The notes beneath the pieces were generated by a model. That model saw nothing but the letters and a program-made list of their open reading frames with translations, was not told the origin of the DNA and did no database searches. Positions 28,248 through 38,146 of a stretch of 64,000 nucleotides of DNA are shown piece after piece. How positions within the stretch are numbered: the first letter of the stretch is position 1; each line of letters begins with the position of its first letter. The position numbers were made by a program, and so were the translations under genes. Source of the stretch: a virus (lineage: Duplodnaviria; Heunggongvirae; Uroviricota; Caudoviricetes); the IMG/VR virus record IMGVR_UViG_3300003155_000137, positions 46,629 through 110,628 of that record; one strand, written 5' to 3'.

Positions 28248-28436
28248 ATGGTCGGGCAGGAAGGTGTCAGGTGGAGCATCCAGTGCGACGCCAAAGGTTG
28301 CGGAAGCCACTTCGAGGAGACGTGCTCGTCATGCATGTCGGCCATGCATGATGCCGCAGAAAACGGCTGGCATGTCATGAGGGACGGGACATCGTACTGC
28401 CCGACCCATGCGGATATGGGAAGGAACGAGCTGTGA
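28248..28436 (+). CDS. Cys-rich small protein (62 aa)
   Basis: C..GC...C..C...C. Confidence 0.3.
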   Translation: MVGQEGVRWSIQCDAKGCGSHFEETCSSCMSAMHDAAENGWHVMRDGTSYCPTHADMGRNEL

Positions 28437-29050
28437 TGAAGCGCAGGATCACGGCCATCATCGTATCAGTCGCCGTGTGCGTTCTGGCTTTCGCCGCCGT
28501 GGTGTACGGGACCGGCAAGTCCGATTTGGCATCTAGTGAGCAGGATGCCAGCAGGAACGACGTGGGCCATGATGCCTCCACGTTCCTCGATGACGACGAT
28601 GACAATCTGGCCGAGGACTACCCTCCGACCGACGACCAGGACAGGACGTCCACCACGTATTATCCGAAGAACCACGGCTACTACCCGACGCCGATGCTCA
28701 TGATGGCGTTGTGGGACTGCCAGCCCAACCAGTCCGATCTTGAGGTCACTTCGGACTATGGGTGGGTGGACAGGACGGTCGGCTCGATGAGGCCCTACCA
28801 GGCGACGTTTGCGTGGAGCGATTCCAATCGTGACGTGGCGGAGCGTGTCCTGACGTGCGTGGTGTCCGAGATCGGCCTTTCCGATTCCCTGCCGTCGGTC
28901 GTCGACATGATGGCGTGGGACGGCTCGCAACAGGTGGCCGGAGACAACGCCGGACACATCTATCAGGACGACGATTTCACCGTCTCCTACGGGAACGGCT
29001 CCGACGTCGTCATAGAGGAACTCGTCACTCCGGTGGCGTTTGGAAACTGA
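28433..29050 (+). CDS. Secreted or membrane-anchored protein (N-terminal signal/TM)
   Basis: MMKRRITAIIVSVAVCVLAFAAVVYG. Confidence 0.35.
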   Translation: MMKRRITAIIVSVAVCVLAFAAVVYGTGKSDLASSEQDASRNDVGHDASTFLDDDDDNLAEDYPPTDDQDRTSTTYYPKNHGYYPTPMLMMALWDCQPNQSDLEVTSDYGWVDRTVGSMRPYQATFAWSDSNRDVAERVLTCVVSEIGLSDSLPSVVDMMAWDGSQQVAGDNAGHIYQDDDFTVSYGNGSDVVIEELVTPVAFGN

Positions 29051-29062
29051 AAGGGGCGAAGA

Positions 29063-29845
29063 ATGATCGTCGCACAGAAATTCGGGCCGGTGAACACCCA
29101 TGATGTGAGTTCCACGCTTCGTGGAATGGTGATGTACGCAGCCGGCGACAGGTTCGTGGACGGTGGCACGACGGTGCTGTCCGGTGACGGACTCATGACC
29201 ATGTACCGTCTTTCCGAGGAGATGATGGTCGACAGGGGGCTTGCGTCCAACATCTCCAAGGTCGGCCATGACGACACCGGCATGACTCCGGATGATATCA
29301 GGAACAGGATCACGGAATCGCTTCAGGACGCCCTTTCCGACCTCGGACTTGATGTCTACGCCATACCGGTCGGCCTTGGCGCAGGTCCCGACACCGACGA
29401 TGATGCGATCACGGTCGCATCCAACATCAGGTTGTTGCTCCGTATGCAGGCTGCGATTGAGCTTATGCCGATGATCCCCACCGACTACGTCGAGCAGCGT
29501 CACCTGATGCGTGCGAGCAGGGCTTTGTCCGGAAAGGGAATCGACAAGCTGTCGCGCGAACACGGACTCATCATGCTCATGGACCTCCTCAACCTTGATG
29601 TGTGGTACAGCTCGCTCCCCGAATCCATCACCAATCAGGTCGACTTCGACCTGGTGAACCTTGAGATTCACGCCAAGTACGAACTCGACTTGTCGTCCCG
29701 CCACCGTCTGGCGCGAGCGCTCGCCATGTTCGACCGCAACCCGAACTTCGGTCTCGTCGAGATCGCGTATGAGGAGACGAGCACCACCGTGTCGCCCGGT
29801 GATGAGCTTGAGAGACTGATTGGTGAGGGGATTTACCATGCGTGA
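29063..29845 (+). CDS. Hypothetical protein
   Basis: ORF. Confidence 0.3.
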   Translation: MIVAQKFGPVNTHDVSSTLRGMVMYAAGDRFVDGGTTVLSGDGLMTMYRLSEEMMVDRGLASNISKVGHDDTGMTPDDIRNRITESLQDALSDLGLDVYAIPVGLGAGPDTDDDAITVASNIRLLLRMQAAIELMPMIPTDYVEQRHLMRASRALSGKGIDKLSREHGLIMLMDLLNLDVWYSSLPESITNQVDFDLVNLEIHAKYELDLSSRHRLARALAMFDRNPNFGLVEIAYEETSTTVSPGDELERLIGEGIYHA

Positions 29846-30176
29846 CTTCACAATCGGCGATGTGTCAGGGACGACGATGATTGATTTACCCCCTATAGTG
29901 CAGATGGTTGATTCCGCGATTCCCGCATCTTCAAGGAAACCACAGCACTCCATATCCCAATCCACCGTGGAGGAGTGCGAGTCCATCGACGGCGGAACCG
30001 TGTCGCTCATTCTTGAGACCAATATCGGCGACGACCGCATCATCGACGTCGTCTGGCGCATCGTCCGTGGCAACGGCATCGAGGTGTTCGGCTGCAACGA
30101 CCTGCCGACGACGATATCGGTGTGGAACGCGCTGGTCAGCCCGGACAATCAGCTCTACGACGACCCCAATCTGTAG
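29838..30176 (+). CDS. Hypothetical protein
   Basis: ORF. Confidence 0.25.
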   Translation: MRDFTIGDVSGTTMIDLPPIVQMVDSAIPASSRKPQHSISQSTVEECESIDGGTVSLILETNIGDDRIIDVVWRIVRGNGIEVFGCNDLPTTISVWNALVSPDNQLYDDPNL

Positions 30177-30243
30177 GAAACGCCGGGCGATTTTGCCGCC
30201 GAAGCGATACGCGGTAGAGTAGCCGCATGACAATGAAAGGAAG

Positions 30244-30924
30244 GTGACCGCCATGCCCACCTATTCGTTCGATGAGCTGTCGGATGAGGCCAAGGCGTAT
30301 GCGTTGGAGGATTACCGCAGGGAATCCGAATCGTATCTTGATTCGCTTGAGGCCATCGACAGGGAGTCCATGTCCGATTTCAATGAGCTTCTGGGAGAGC
30401 TGTACTGCCACACCACTAAGTCGGTGGAGCCGAGGATTGACGGCACGATGACGGTCACGCCAACGTTGCGCATGGACGATGAGCTGTGGGAGCAGAACGC
30501 GGTCGAGCATGACGCCATTGGTGGACACATCCCTGATGTCCCCGTCCTGCGTAATTCCAGATACTACGACGGAACCGCGAAGCAGGCCCTCATCACCACA
30601 TGGAACGGCCAGGTTCCCGAACTCCAGAGGATCGTCGACTCCATCAATGCCGAGGCCGACGCCATCGCCGCCGACGTATCCGGCGGTCATCCAGACGACT
30701 TCGACTTCAACGACTCCGAGGTCGCAACGGATGCCCTTGAAGCCAACACCGACGACCTCAAGGACGAACTCTACTCAAGATGGGAGGAGGCGGCGACCCA
30801 AGCCCTGAGCGCCGCAGTCGCATCACTCGGCGAGGTTCTTCTCGATTACGCCTCGGACGACAACGTCATTTGGCACATCAACCAGGACGGCATCATGTTC
30901 TCGGAGGACGGCACTATGGAATGA
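30244..30924 (+). CDS. Hypothetical strongly acidic protein
   Basis: ORF with a high D/E content. Confidence 0.3.
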   Translation: MTAMPTYSFDELSDEAKAYALEDYRRESESYLDSLEAIDRESMSDFNELLGELYCHTTKSVEPRIDGTMTVTPTLRMDDELWEQNAVEHDAIGGHIPDVPVLRNSRYYDGTAKQALITTWNGQVPELQRIVDSINAEADAIAADVSGGHPDDFDFNDSEVATDALEANTDDLKDELYSRWEEAATQALSAAVASLGEVLLDYASDDNVIWHINQDGIMFSEDGTME

Positions 30925-31077
30925 CGTGTTTTTCGTTGACCTCACTTGTGTTTTCCCGGATTTTGGTGTAAACTTGTATATGTAGCGAAAACCAATGCGG
31001 CGCAACGGTTCACGTATTATGACTAGTGGACAGGAGGATTGATATAATATGGACTTCGTAAACGGTGTCGGAGGTGA

Positions 31078-31530
31078 TTGGCGATGAGTCTGAAGCCCAA
31101 TCGATACTGGGTTGACGTGCTTGACGAGGGGGTGTGGGGGACCGTCGCCGCGACATCCGATGAATCGTCCGCCTACGACGAGTTCATTGTCCAGGACGTC
31201 GGAAGGATGAGGGTGACGAGGGTGAGGCACCGTTCATGGGCGGCGCTCGTCTACGGGATTATCTTCCTCGTCTGCGACATCGCCATAGCCGTCATCATCG
31301 CGGACACGCTGATGGACGGCGTGGTGTACGGGTTCATGGCGGCGAGGCTCTCGATGGTCGGTCTCATGCTGATGATTCTTCTCGTGTTCATGGCGATCAC
31401 GGTGTTCCTGCTCAAGCCCGACATCATCGACTCGACGGAATATCTCGGCCCGCCGATCACAAGGCCGAGGGCTGGCGGAACCGACGATGCCGACATCGAT
31501 GATTTCATCAATGACAAGGAGAATGACTGA
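31078..31530 (+). CDS. NfeD-like membrane protein (putative partner of the SPFH protein)
   Basis: A beta-rich soluble segment (VWGTVAATS...GRMRVTRV) is followed by two TM helices. It sits immediately upstream of, and is translationally coupled to, the SPFH gene. Confidence 0.35.
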   Translation: MAMSLKPNRYWVDVLDEGVWGTVAATSDESSAYDEFIVQDVGRMRVTRVRHRSWAALVYGIIFLVCDIAIAVIIADTLMDGVVYGFMAARLSMVGLMLMILLVFMAITVFLLKPDIIDSTEYLGPPITRPRAGGTDDADIDDFINDKEND

Positions 31531-31532
31531 CA

Positions 31533-32477
31533 ATGGGATTCATAGTGGCTTTGGTGTTCGGGGTCATCGGACTTGCGGTCGCCGCAGCCGGATTCGGCGT
31601 ATATCTGGCGCGTAAGCGCAAGGCCGTGTATTCCGACGAGCTGGTCTGGCCGATGGTCTTCGGCGTCATCGGCTCGGCGGTTCTTGGAATCGCGGCCATC
31701 GCAACGGCCTTCATGTCCTTTTACACCCAGGACGCCGGTGAGGTCGTCGTCATCCGTGGTCTCGGAGGCAACATCGTCGGTTCCACCGATGAGGCCGGAT
31801 TCCATGCCAAGGCCCCGCAGAACTCAACCATATCGTACAGTACGAGGAACAACGTCGTGTCGTTCATCGACAACGGCGAGTCCTACGTCAAGGACGGCTC
31901 GGTCAATGGAACCCATGTCACGGTCAACGACAATGGCGGTGCCTCGGCCGACGTGGACATCCAGGTGAACTATTCGCTCCGTCCCGACTATGCCGAGCAG
32001 CTCTACGAGAACTATGGGACGCAGGAGTCGTTCGTCCAGTCGGTCGTCGCGGTGGACGTGAGAAGCGTCACCCGTGGGTGCGCCGGCCAGTTCTCCACAA
32101 TCGAGATCCTCACCAACAGGCAGGATCTCTCCGACTCCATCGAGAAGACCCTGTCGGACATGTGGGAGGGTTATGGGCTGAACGTGGAGCAGGTGTCCAT
32201 CCAGGAGGTGAAGTATCCGGAATCCATAACCAACGCCTACGCGGATGCGCAGAAGGCCGAGGCCGAACGCCAGACGGCGCTCAACAAGCAGGAGACCGCG
32301 AAGGTGGAGGCCGAGACCAAGAAGATCGAGGCCCAGGGTACTGCGGACGCGAACAAGGTGCTGAACGATTCCCTGACGGATCGCGTACTCACACAGAAGT
32401 ACATCGATGCGCTCAAGGGTGCCAAGCAGCTTGTGGTCGTCCCCGATGGATCGCAGCCCATCATCAAGACCGAATAA
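31533..32477 (+). CDS. SPFH/band-7 (stomatin/prohibitin/HflKC-like) protein with an N-terminal TM anchor
   Basis: An N-terminal TM helix, an SPFH core (VVIRGLGG...VNYSL...), and a C-terminal coiled coil rich in A/E/K (QKAEAERQTALNKQETAKVEAETKKIEAQG). Confidence 0.65.
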   Translation: MGFIVALVFGVIGLAVAAAGFGVYLARKRKAVYSDELVWPMVFGVIGSAVLGIAAIATAFMSFYTQDAGEVVVIRGLGGNIVGSTDEAGFHAKAPQNSTISYSTRNNVVSFIDNGESYVKDGSVNGTHVTVNDNGGASADVDIQVNYSLRPDYAEQLYENYGTQESFVQSVVAVDVRSVTRGCAGQFSTIEILTNRQDLSDSIEKTLSDMWEGYGLNVEQVSIQEVKYPESITNAYADAQKAEAERQTALNKQETAKVEAETKKIEAQGTADANKVLNDSLTDRVLTQKYIDALKGAKQLVVVPDGSQPIIKTE

Positions 32478-32490
32478 TCGAACAGCGAAC

Positions 32491-32512
32491 GGCCCCATCA
32501 CCATGTGGGGCC
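32491..32512 (+). terminator. Hairpin GGCCCCA-N8-TGGGGCC after the SPFH gene
   Basis: Inverted repeat read directly. Confidence 0.4.
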
Positions 32513-32742
32513 GCATATCCACGGCGGAACCGATGAACCCGTAAAAGGGAACGTCGGCACGGCAACCGGTGTACGGCGGACGGGAGTCTTACTCCTTTCT
32601 CTAGTATCAAAGAGCAACATCAATGTCACTGCGTCCGATACATCACCGGCGTGCATGGTTCGAGTCCATGAGTTGTTTTTCGGCGGGGTACCGCGATGCT
32701 TGTCGTCGTGGGTGAACGCCGATTGTATTCCACTAAATATGA

Positions 32743-32748
32743 TATAAT
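32743..32748 (+). promoter_or_regulatory. TATAAT -10 box upstream of the second tnpB
   Basis: GATATAATTGG, 24 nt before the ATG at 32772, with the RBS TGGAGG. Confidence 0.3.
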
Positions 32749-32771
32749 TGGTTTGTTATTGGAGGTTTGTC

Positions 32772-33992
32772 ATGGCTGAGCTGACGTTGACGATGCGCGC
32801 CCGTCTGCTGCCCACACCGGAGCAGCAGACGCGGCTCGCCGCATTGTGTTCGACGTTCGCCGACTGCTGCAACGACGTGGCCGACCACATCGACAAAACC
32901 CGGACGCTCAGCCAGAAGAAAATCAACAAGGCCATCTACCACCAGTTGCGCGAAGCGCACGGGCTGCTCGCCCAGATGACCCAATCCGCGATACGCCGGG
33001 TCATCGCCAACTACAAGGCCATCCACACGCGCATCAACAATCTCCGCGAGGAAAACAAGAACGGTGAGACGCGGGGAGGCAAGAAGCGGAAGATACCCGA
33101 GTATTACGGGATAAAGCCCCAGTACGCGCCCAACGGGTGCGACCTGCTGTGGAACCGCGACTACTCATACTCCCAACGGACCGAAATGTTCAGCCTCCCC
33201 GTCATGGACGGGCGCATCAAGGTGAAGGCCGAATGGAAAAACGTCCCCGACCAATACCGGCTGGGAAGGTTCGGCACAGCCCGTCTCATCCGCAGCCGCG
33301 ATAAATGGTATCTGCTCATCCCCGTTACCATCCAGACGCCGGACGTGACGGAACACCCCAAGACCATCGTCGGCGTGGACTTGGGCATACGATTCCTCGC
33401 CACCTCCTATGACGGCGAACACACCACATTCCACGACGGGAAGGAGGTGAAACACCGTCGCGGCAGATACAAGACTCTTCGCAAGGAATTGCAGCAGCGG
33501 GGCACGCGCAGCGCGAGGAAACGTCTCAAAGCCATCGGTAGTCGAGAAAACCGTTGGATGACCGATGTCAACCATCAGGTGTCTAAGGCACTCGTCAACC
33601 AGTACGGCAGGGACACGCTCTTCGCGCTCGAAGACCTCGAAGGAATCCGCAACGCCACCGAAAGGGTGAGGATGCGGCAGCGCTACGTGCAGGTGTCTTG
33701 GGCGTTCAGCCAGCTCCGTTCGTTCATCGGATACAAGGCGGCACGCAACGGTCAGGCCACGGTCGCGGTCGATCCCGCGTACACCAGCCAGACCTGCCCA
33801 CGATGCGGGCACGTGTCCGCAGGAAACAGGGACAAGCGGAACCACATCTTCATCTGCCGCAACTGCGGCTACCGGTCGAACGACGACCGGATAGGCGCAA
33901 TGAACCTGCGTCACAAAGGCTACGACCTGATCGTGATGCAGTACGACGCCAACATGATTGACGTCGCAGGGGTGCAGCCAACCATCCCGTGA
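32772..33992 (+). CDS. tnpB: TnpB (second copy, solo; no tnpA detected)
   Basis: The C-terminal CPRCGH...CRNCGY zinc finger and RuvC-like motifs are present. It is only distantly related to copy 1. Confidence 0.7.
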   Translation: MAELTLTMRARLLPTPEQQTRLAALCSTFADCCNDVADHIDKTRTLSQKKINKAIYHQLREAHGLLAQMTQSAIRRVIANYKAIHTRINNLREENKNGETRGGKKRKIPEYYGIKPQYAPNGCDLLWNRDYSYSQRTEMFSLPVMDGRIKVKAEWKNVPDQYRLGRFGTARLIRSRDKWYLLIPVTIQTPDVTEHPKTIVGVDLGIRFLATSYDGEHTTFHDGKEVKHRRGRYKTLRKELQQRGTRSARKRLKAIGSRENRWMTDVNHQVSKALVNQYGRDTLFALEDLEGIRNATERVRMRQRYVQVSWAFSQLRSFIGYKAARNGQATVAVDPAYTSQTCPRCGHVSAGNRDKRNHIFICRNCGYRSNDDRIGAMNLRHKGYDLIVMQYDANMIDVAGVQPTIP

Positions 33993-34170
33993 TGTTCCGT
34001 CACCACACCCCGTACCGGGGATGCGGAATCAAAGGCGGGAGAGACCATCAACATGATGCCTCGCTTTCACCGCCGGACAGGGACAAGCCGTGACGCTCGT
34101 CGTCACGGTAGTTGACGCTCCGCCACGACCGAAACACCCAATCCGCATGAGGAAACGAAAGGAGCGACGG
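33993..34170 (+). ncRNA. Candidate right-end/omega-RNA region of the second tnpB
   Basis: A CCCCGTACCGGGG hairpin lies directly after the stop. The ORFs called here are Arg-rich and look spurious. Confidence 0.2.
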
Positions 34171-34485
34171 AAGGATGTCAGACGGAATCCACGAGGTCGG
34201 CGACGTATCGGACGAGACCGCTTGCAGGAGCCTGTGGTCCGGCTCGGAACCGGACATCATCACCGAATCCACGAGGTCATCGGTGAACGGTCAGCCCCTG
34301 AACGAATACAGGGCGATGGATGTCGATGGACTCTCCTCCACCGCATCGTATGAATCCAGGGCCGAGGCCGTCCGTGCATGGAACATGATGATGAGGAGGC
34401 TGTGCATGATGTGGTTGTCAATGGCGAGGCACGACAGGACCGATGCCATGGAGGACGCCCAGCTTTCACTGATGGGGCTTTCAAG

Positions 34486-34770
34486 ATGACGCCGCCCAAG
34501 GAGTCGAAGTCAAGGACGAGGTCGCTGATCCGCCTTCTCCTGTCATCATATAGAGGAGCCCACACGGCGTCATGGATATGGAACACCTTGAGGGACAAGG
34601 GCCACAACGTGTCTCCGAGCGGGGTCAGAAGCAGATTGGCCGAGATGGTCAGGGACGGCGAGGTCGATGTGGCCGACAGGTTCGGGACCACGGAGTCCGG
34701 CAACAGGTGCATGAGGTACAGGCTGCACAGGGAGTCCAGGGTTCTGGACCGCAACGGGAATCCGATGTAA
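34486..34770 (+). CDS. Small winged-helix-like DNA-binding protein
   Basis: RSLIRLLLSSYRGAHTASWIWNTL...GVRSRLAEMVRDGEV. Confidence 0.3.
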   Translation: MTPPKESKSRTRSLIRLLLSSYRGAHTASWIWNTLRDKGHNVSPSGVRSRLAEMVRDGEVDVADRFGTTESGNRCMRYRLHRESRVLDRNGNPM

Positions 34771-34865
34771 CATCGGAAGAAAACGACATTATTATATCAT
34801 TTCTGACGGGAGAATGTAAAGTGGTTTCCGAAGAGTCGATCTATGATGGTTCGGCATACACGGAG

Positions 34866-35084
34866 ATGTGGCTGAGAAGATGCACGAGATGCCCCAAGTG
34901 CGGGTCGACACCCGTGTACCACGTGGACAGCCACGACACGAGGACATTGAAGTGCACCCATCCCATCCATGTCTATGGGGCCGAACCGATCGAGGCAACG
35001 GGGGATTCGTTGCAGCGGGTCGTGTCGGAGTGGAACAGGGAGTGCGGCTCCGGATGGACGATGACCGACAGGGACGGTGAATGA
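34866..35084 (+). CDS. Zinc-ribbon protein
   Basis: CTRCPKCG...C.H. Confidence 0.3.
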   Translation: MWLRRCTRCPKCGSTPVYHVDSHDTRTLKCTHPIHVYGAEPIEATGDSLQRVVSEWNRECGSGWTMTDRDGE

Positions 35085-35521
35085 TGGGATATCCTTATGG
35101 ATCCGAACCGTACCCTACGTGGGAAATGCTGGAGCGTGACGACGCATTCCGCTCGACGCTCTACGAATCCCACACGAGGCATGTGGATGCGTTGATGCAT
35201 GACAAGGCGGAGTCGTTCAGGTCGAGGCCGATCACCGTCAACATCAACGCGCAGGTCGGCGACCATGACGGGCAGTGGCTGGACGAGCTTCTGGAGTCGC
35301 TGCACTCGCCGTCGGAGGAGATGCTTGAGCCGACGGACAGGGAGAACGCGGAGGCGTGGGGGATGGCGCTCGCCGATGCGATCGTCGCATCCGGCATCGA
35401 TGGTGCCGGCATAGACAGGCTCTTCAACGACCTGACCGCGATGATCGAGGACCATGTGGTCGGGGACATCAACCGCAGGGCAAGGGAATCGAACCCCATG
35501 AAGGATTCGGGAAAGGAATGA
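35081..35521 (+). CDS. Hypothetical acidic protein
   Basis: ORF. Confidence 0.3.
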   Translation: MMGYPYGSEPYPTWEMLERDDAFRSTLYESHTRHVDALMHDKAESFRSRPITVNINAQVGDHDGQWLDELLESLHSPSEEMLEPTDRENAEAWGMALADAIVASGIDGAGIDRLFNDLTAMIEDHVVGDINRRARESNPMKDSGKE

Positions 35522-35525
35522 ACAC

Positions 35526-36353
35526 ATGGCAGGTCTGACCATCGATGTGAACACCGGGGAGATCAGGTTCTTCGACAAGACCGACCTCGGAAGCGCCGTC
35601 GACGTGAGCATCCACATCGAGGATGACGTGTGGAGGCGCATCTACGACAGGCTCGGGGAAAGGTTCGCCGGGACCGCCCCGGACTCCCCGGAGGAAGCGC
35701 CCGACGATCCCACCGCCGAGGTCGTCGAGGACGGCGGCACCGACCCGGAAGTGGATCAGCACGCGGCGAGAAGAACCGTCCGCATGGACGTGAACGCCGA
35801 CATGCACGGTGGAAGGCGTGACTGGATGAAGGACGGCGAGGACTGGCATTGCATCAGGTTCACCGACATCCAGCCCGATGACGTGGTCGAGGCGTTCCTG
35901 ATGGACGGAACGTCGGTGTATGGCAGGGTGAGGTTCGTCCCCGGCAACGGATGGACCATCACGGACGAGGATGGCGACACCCACACCGTCATCTCCATGC
36001 CCGACAGGAAGAGCCACCCCACGGTGCGTGAGCCGTTCGTCTCGGCGTCCGCATACACGCTGAGGGATGACAAGGACCTCCTGAGGGACACGTCCGCCGT
36101 GCTCGTCCCCGGATTCGATGACGGCCCCGAGCCGTGCCCGGTGTGCGGGGATAGGCCGACGCTGAAGGACGACCTCTATGTGTGCCGGAACGACGGCTTC
36201 AGGTCGGACTCCATCCCCGACGACCTCCCCGACGGCGTCATCGGAGGCCCCGCCACCCACGTATGGAACGGGACGGTGAGGCGCTTCAACGAGTATGTCC
36301 GGAGGCGTGACGAGAGGAGCGACGACCCCGGAGAGTCCGAGGCCCTGCTCTGA
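35526..36353 (+). CDS. Hypothetical protein with a C-terminal CPVCG...C zinc ribbon
   Basis: ORF. Confidence 0.3.
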   Translation: MAGLTIDVNTGEIRFFDKTDLGSAVDVSIHIEDDVWRRIYDRLGERFAGTAPDSPEEAPDDPTAEVVEDGGTDPEVDQHAARRTVRMDVNADMHGGRRDWMKDGEDWHCIRFTDIQPDDVVEAFLMDGTSVYGRVRFVPGNGWTITDEDGDTHTVISMPDRKSHPTVREPFVSASAYTLRDDKDLLRDTSAVLVPGFDDGPEPCPVCGDRPTLKDDLYVCRNDGFRSDSIPDDLPDGVIGGPATHVWNGTVRRFNEYVRRRDERSDDPGESEALL

Positions 36354-36398
36354 TGAGGGTAGGATTGGAACCGTGCGGCGAACGTCCGCACGGAAGGG

Positions 36399-36587
36399 AT
36401 GCCCGCTGAGATGACCAACGTGGTCGATTACGACGGATGCGGAAGATGCGACCTCTGCGGAGGCTTCTTCCCGTATGACGAGATGTACAACCGGATGGGA
36501 CGATGGGAGTGCATCGACTGCTCCGAGACCGACTCCATCCGGTCATGGGCGGACAACGACGATACCGAGGAGTTCAACGATGAGTGA
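36399..36587 (+). CDS. Zinc-ribbon peptide
   Basis: CGRCDLCGG...CIDC. Confidence 0.3.
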   Translation: MPAEMTNVVDYDGCGRCDLCGGFFPYDEMYNRMGRWECIDCSETDSIRSWADNDDTEEFNDE

Positions 36588-36894
36588 TGTGACGAAGACC
36601 GCAGCCGACATGGATTACGTGAGCGAGACCGACTGGTACACCCTTGAGGTCGACAGCGATGGATGCTATCAGATCACATTGCAGCCCACGGCACCCGAGA
36701 CGGCACCGATGGTGGATGTCGAGGGAGCCGATGTGATCGGGGTGACGTTCGGTGCCATGTTCTTCGATACATGGTCCGACCTTGACGACTTCTCGTTCGA
36801 CGTCCGCAACGCCATGAACCAGATTCAGCAGCTTGAGGACATCATGCGCGATGACGCCATCGAAAGGCGCGAGACGTGGAGGGACAAGGCATGA
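36580..36894 (+). CDS. Hypothetical protein
   Basis: ATG start; ATGA/GTGA overlap with the flanking genes. Confidence 0.3.
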   Translation: MSDVTKTAADMDYVSETDWYTLEVDSDGCYQITLQPTAPETAPMVDVEGADVIGVTFGAMFFDTWSDLDDFSFDVRNAMNQIQQLEDIMRDDAIERRETWRDKA

Positions 36895-37205
36895 AGCGGG
36901 TCAGGTGGACGCCAGACGAGGACTCGTACATATTCGACACCGCCGGATGCCCGATCGGCTACGTGGCGGAGACGCTGGGCAGGACCGTGAGGGCGGTGGC
37001 GAACAGGAGACTCGTCGTGGCGTCCGCCACACGCGATTCCGATGACAGACCGACGGAGGGAAGGAAATGGGACGTGCACGCGAAGAGCGCCCTGGTCATG
37101 GGACACCTGACATCCACCAGGAGACTGGCGATGGAGCTGGGGCGGAGTCCGGGGTCGATTCGCTCGATGCGCTCGCGGATGAGGTCGTCCCGGACTCCGA
37201 TGTGA
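36891..37205 (+). CDS. Myb/SANT-like HTH protein (two repeats)
   Basis: W-TPDEDSYI...GRTVRAVANRR and W......TSTRRLAMELGRSPGSIRSMRSRM. Confidence 0.3.
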   Translation: MKRVRWTPDEDSYIFDTAGCPIGYVAETLGRTVRAVANRRLVVASATRDSDDRPTEGRKWDVHAKSALVMGHLTSTRRLAMELGRSPGSIRSMRSRMRSSRTPM

Positions 37206-37372
37206 GGTCCGGGGAGTGGGACATCGAGGAGGACAGGTTCCTGAGATGCAATCACGGACTCGGTCTGGTGGCGCTCTCGGTCATCCTCCACAGGACGTAT
37301 GGCGACGTGTCCCACCACATCATGGAGCTAGGAAAGGCTGGAAAATGGCTGCGTCCGATATCGACGAGATGA
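37202..37372 (+). CDS. Myb/SANT-like single-repeat protein
   Basis: GEWDIEEDRFL...HRTYGDVSHH; GTGA overlap with the upstream stop. Confidence 0.25.
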   Translation: MRSGEWDIEEDRFLRCNHGLGLVALSVILHRTYGDVSHHIMELGKAGKWLRPISTR

Positions 37373-37794
37373 GGGTGAGGCTCACCGGGGCCGATGCGGT
37401 GCCTCCGGTCAGGAAGCATTCGGGGGACGCCGGTGCCGACCTGTTCTGCCCGAAGGATATGGATATCGAGCCGATGGGCAGGGCCAACGTGATGACCGGG
37501 GTGTCCGTGGAATTGCCCGACGGCCATGTGGGACTCGTGTGCTCGCGTTCCGGCATGCTGATGTCAGGGGTGGCCGTGTTCGGGGCTCCGGGGATCGTGG
37601 ACTCCGGATACAGGGGCGAGATCGGCGTGGCTTTGGTGAACATGACGGACTCCGTCGTCCATGTGTCCAAGGGCGACAGGATAGCCCAGCTCGTCGTCGT
37701 GCCGGTATGCACGCCGTCCATGGTGGTGTCGGACACGTTGTCCGAGTCCGTGGACGGTCGCGGCGAGTCGGGTTTCGGAAGCACGGGCAGATGA
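37345..37794 (+). CDS. dut: dUTPase
   Basis: All five dUTPase motifs are present: AGADL, RSG, GIVDSGYRGEIGV, GDRIAQL and RGESGFGSTG. Confidence 0.8.
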   Translation: MAASDIDEMRVRLTGADAVPPVRKHSGDAGADLFCPKDMDIEPMGRANVMTGVSVELPDGHVGLVCSRSGMLMSGVAVFGAPGIVDSGYRGEIGVALVNMTDSVVHVSKGDRIAQLVVVPVCTPSMVVSDTLSESVDGRGESGFGSTGR

Positions 37795-37838
37795 TGTATC
37801 ATGGAGGCGTCGTCCCATGAACGGGGCGGAGCTTCTTC

Positions 37839-38084
37839 GTGTATGGAAGGATATGGACAATGGACAAGAGGGCGCACAAGTCGCTGAGGAAACTGCTCCG
37901 CGAGCTTCAACGTCAGGGGTTCCGGTACGAGCTGTCCGGGCGGTTGCATTGGAAGGTGTTCGGCTGTGACGGGATGATGGTGGCCACGCTTCCCGGAACC
38001 CCATCGGACAGGAGGTCGATGAAGAACTCCATGAGCGAACTGCGTCGCGCCGGGTTCGACGACTCCGTGTGCCGACTCTCCTGA
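37839..38084 (+). CDS. Hypothetical basic protein
   Basis: ORF. Confidence 0.25.
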   Translation: MYGRIWTMDKRAHKSLRKLLRELQRQGFRYELSGRLHWKVFGCDGMMVATLPGTPSDRRSMKNSMSELRRAGFDDSVCRLS

Positions 38085-38146
38085 CGGGGGCACGTCAACG
38101 GATAGAATGGATGTGTACAGTGTTTTGTCCCCGATGACGGAAGGTC

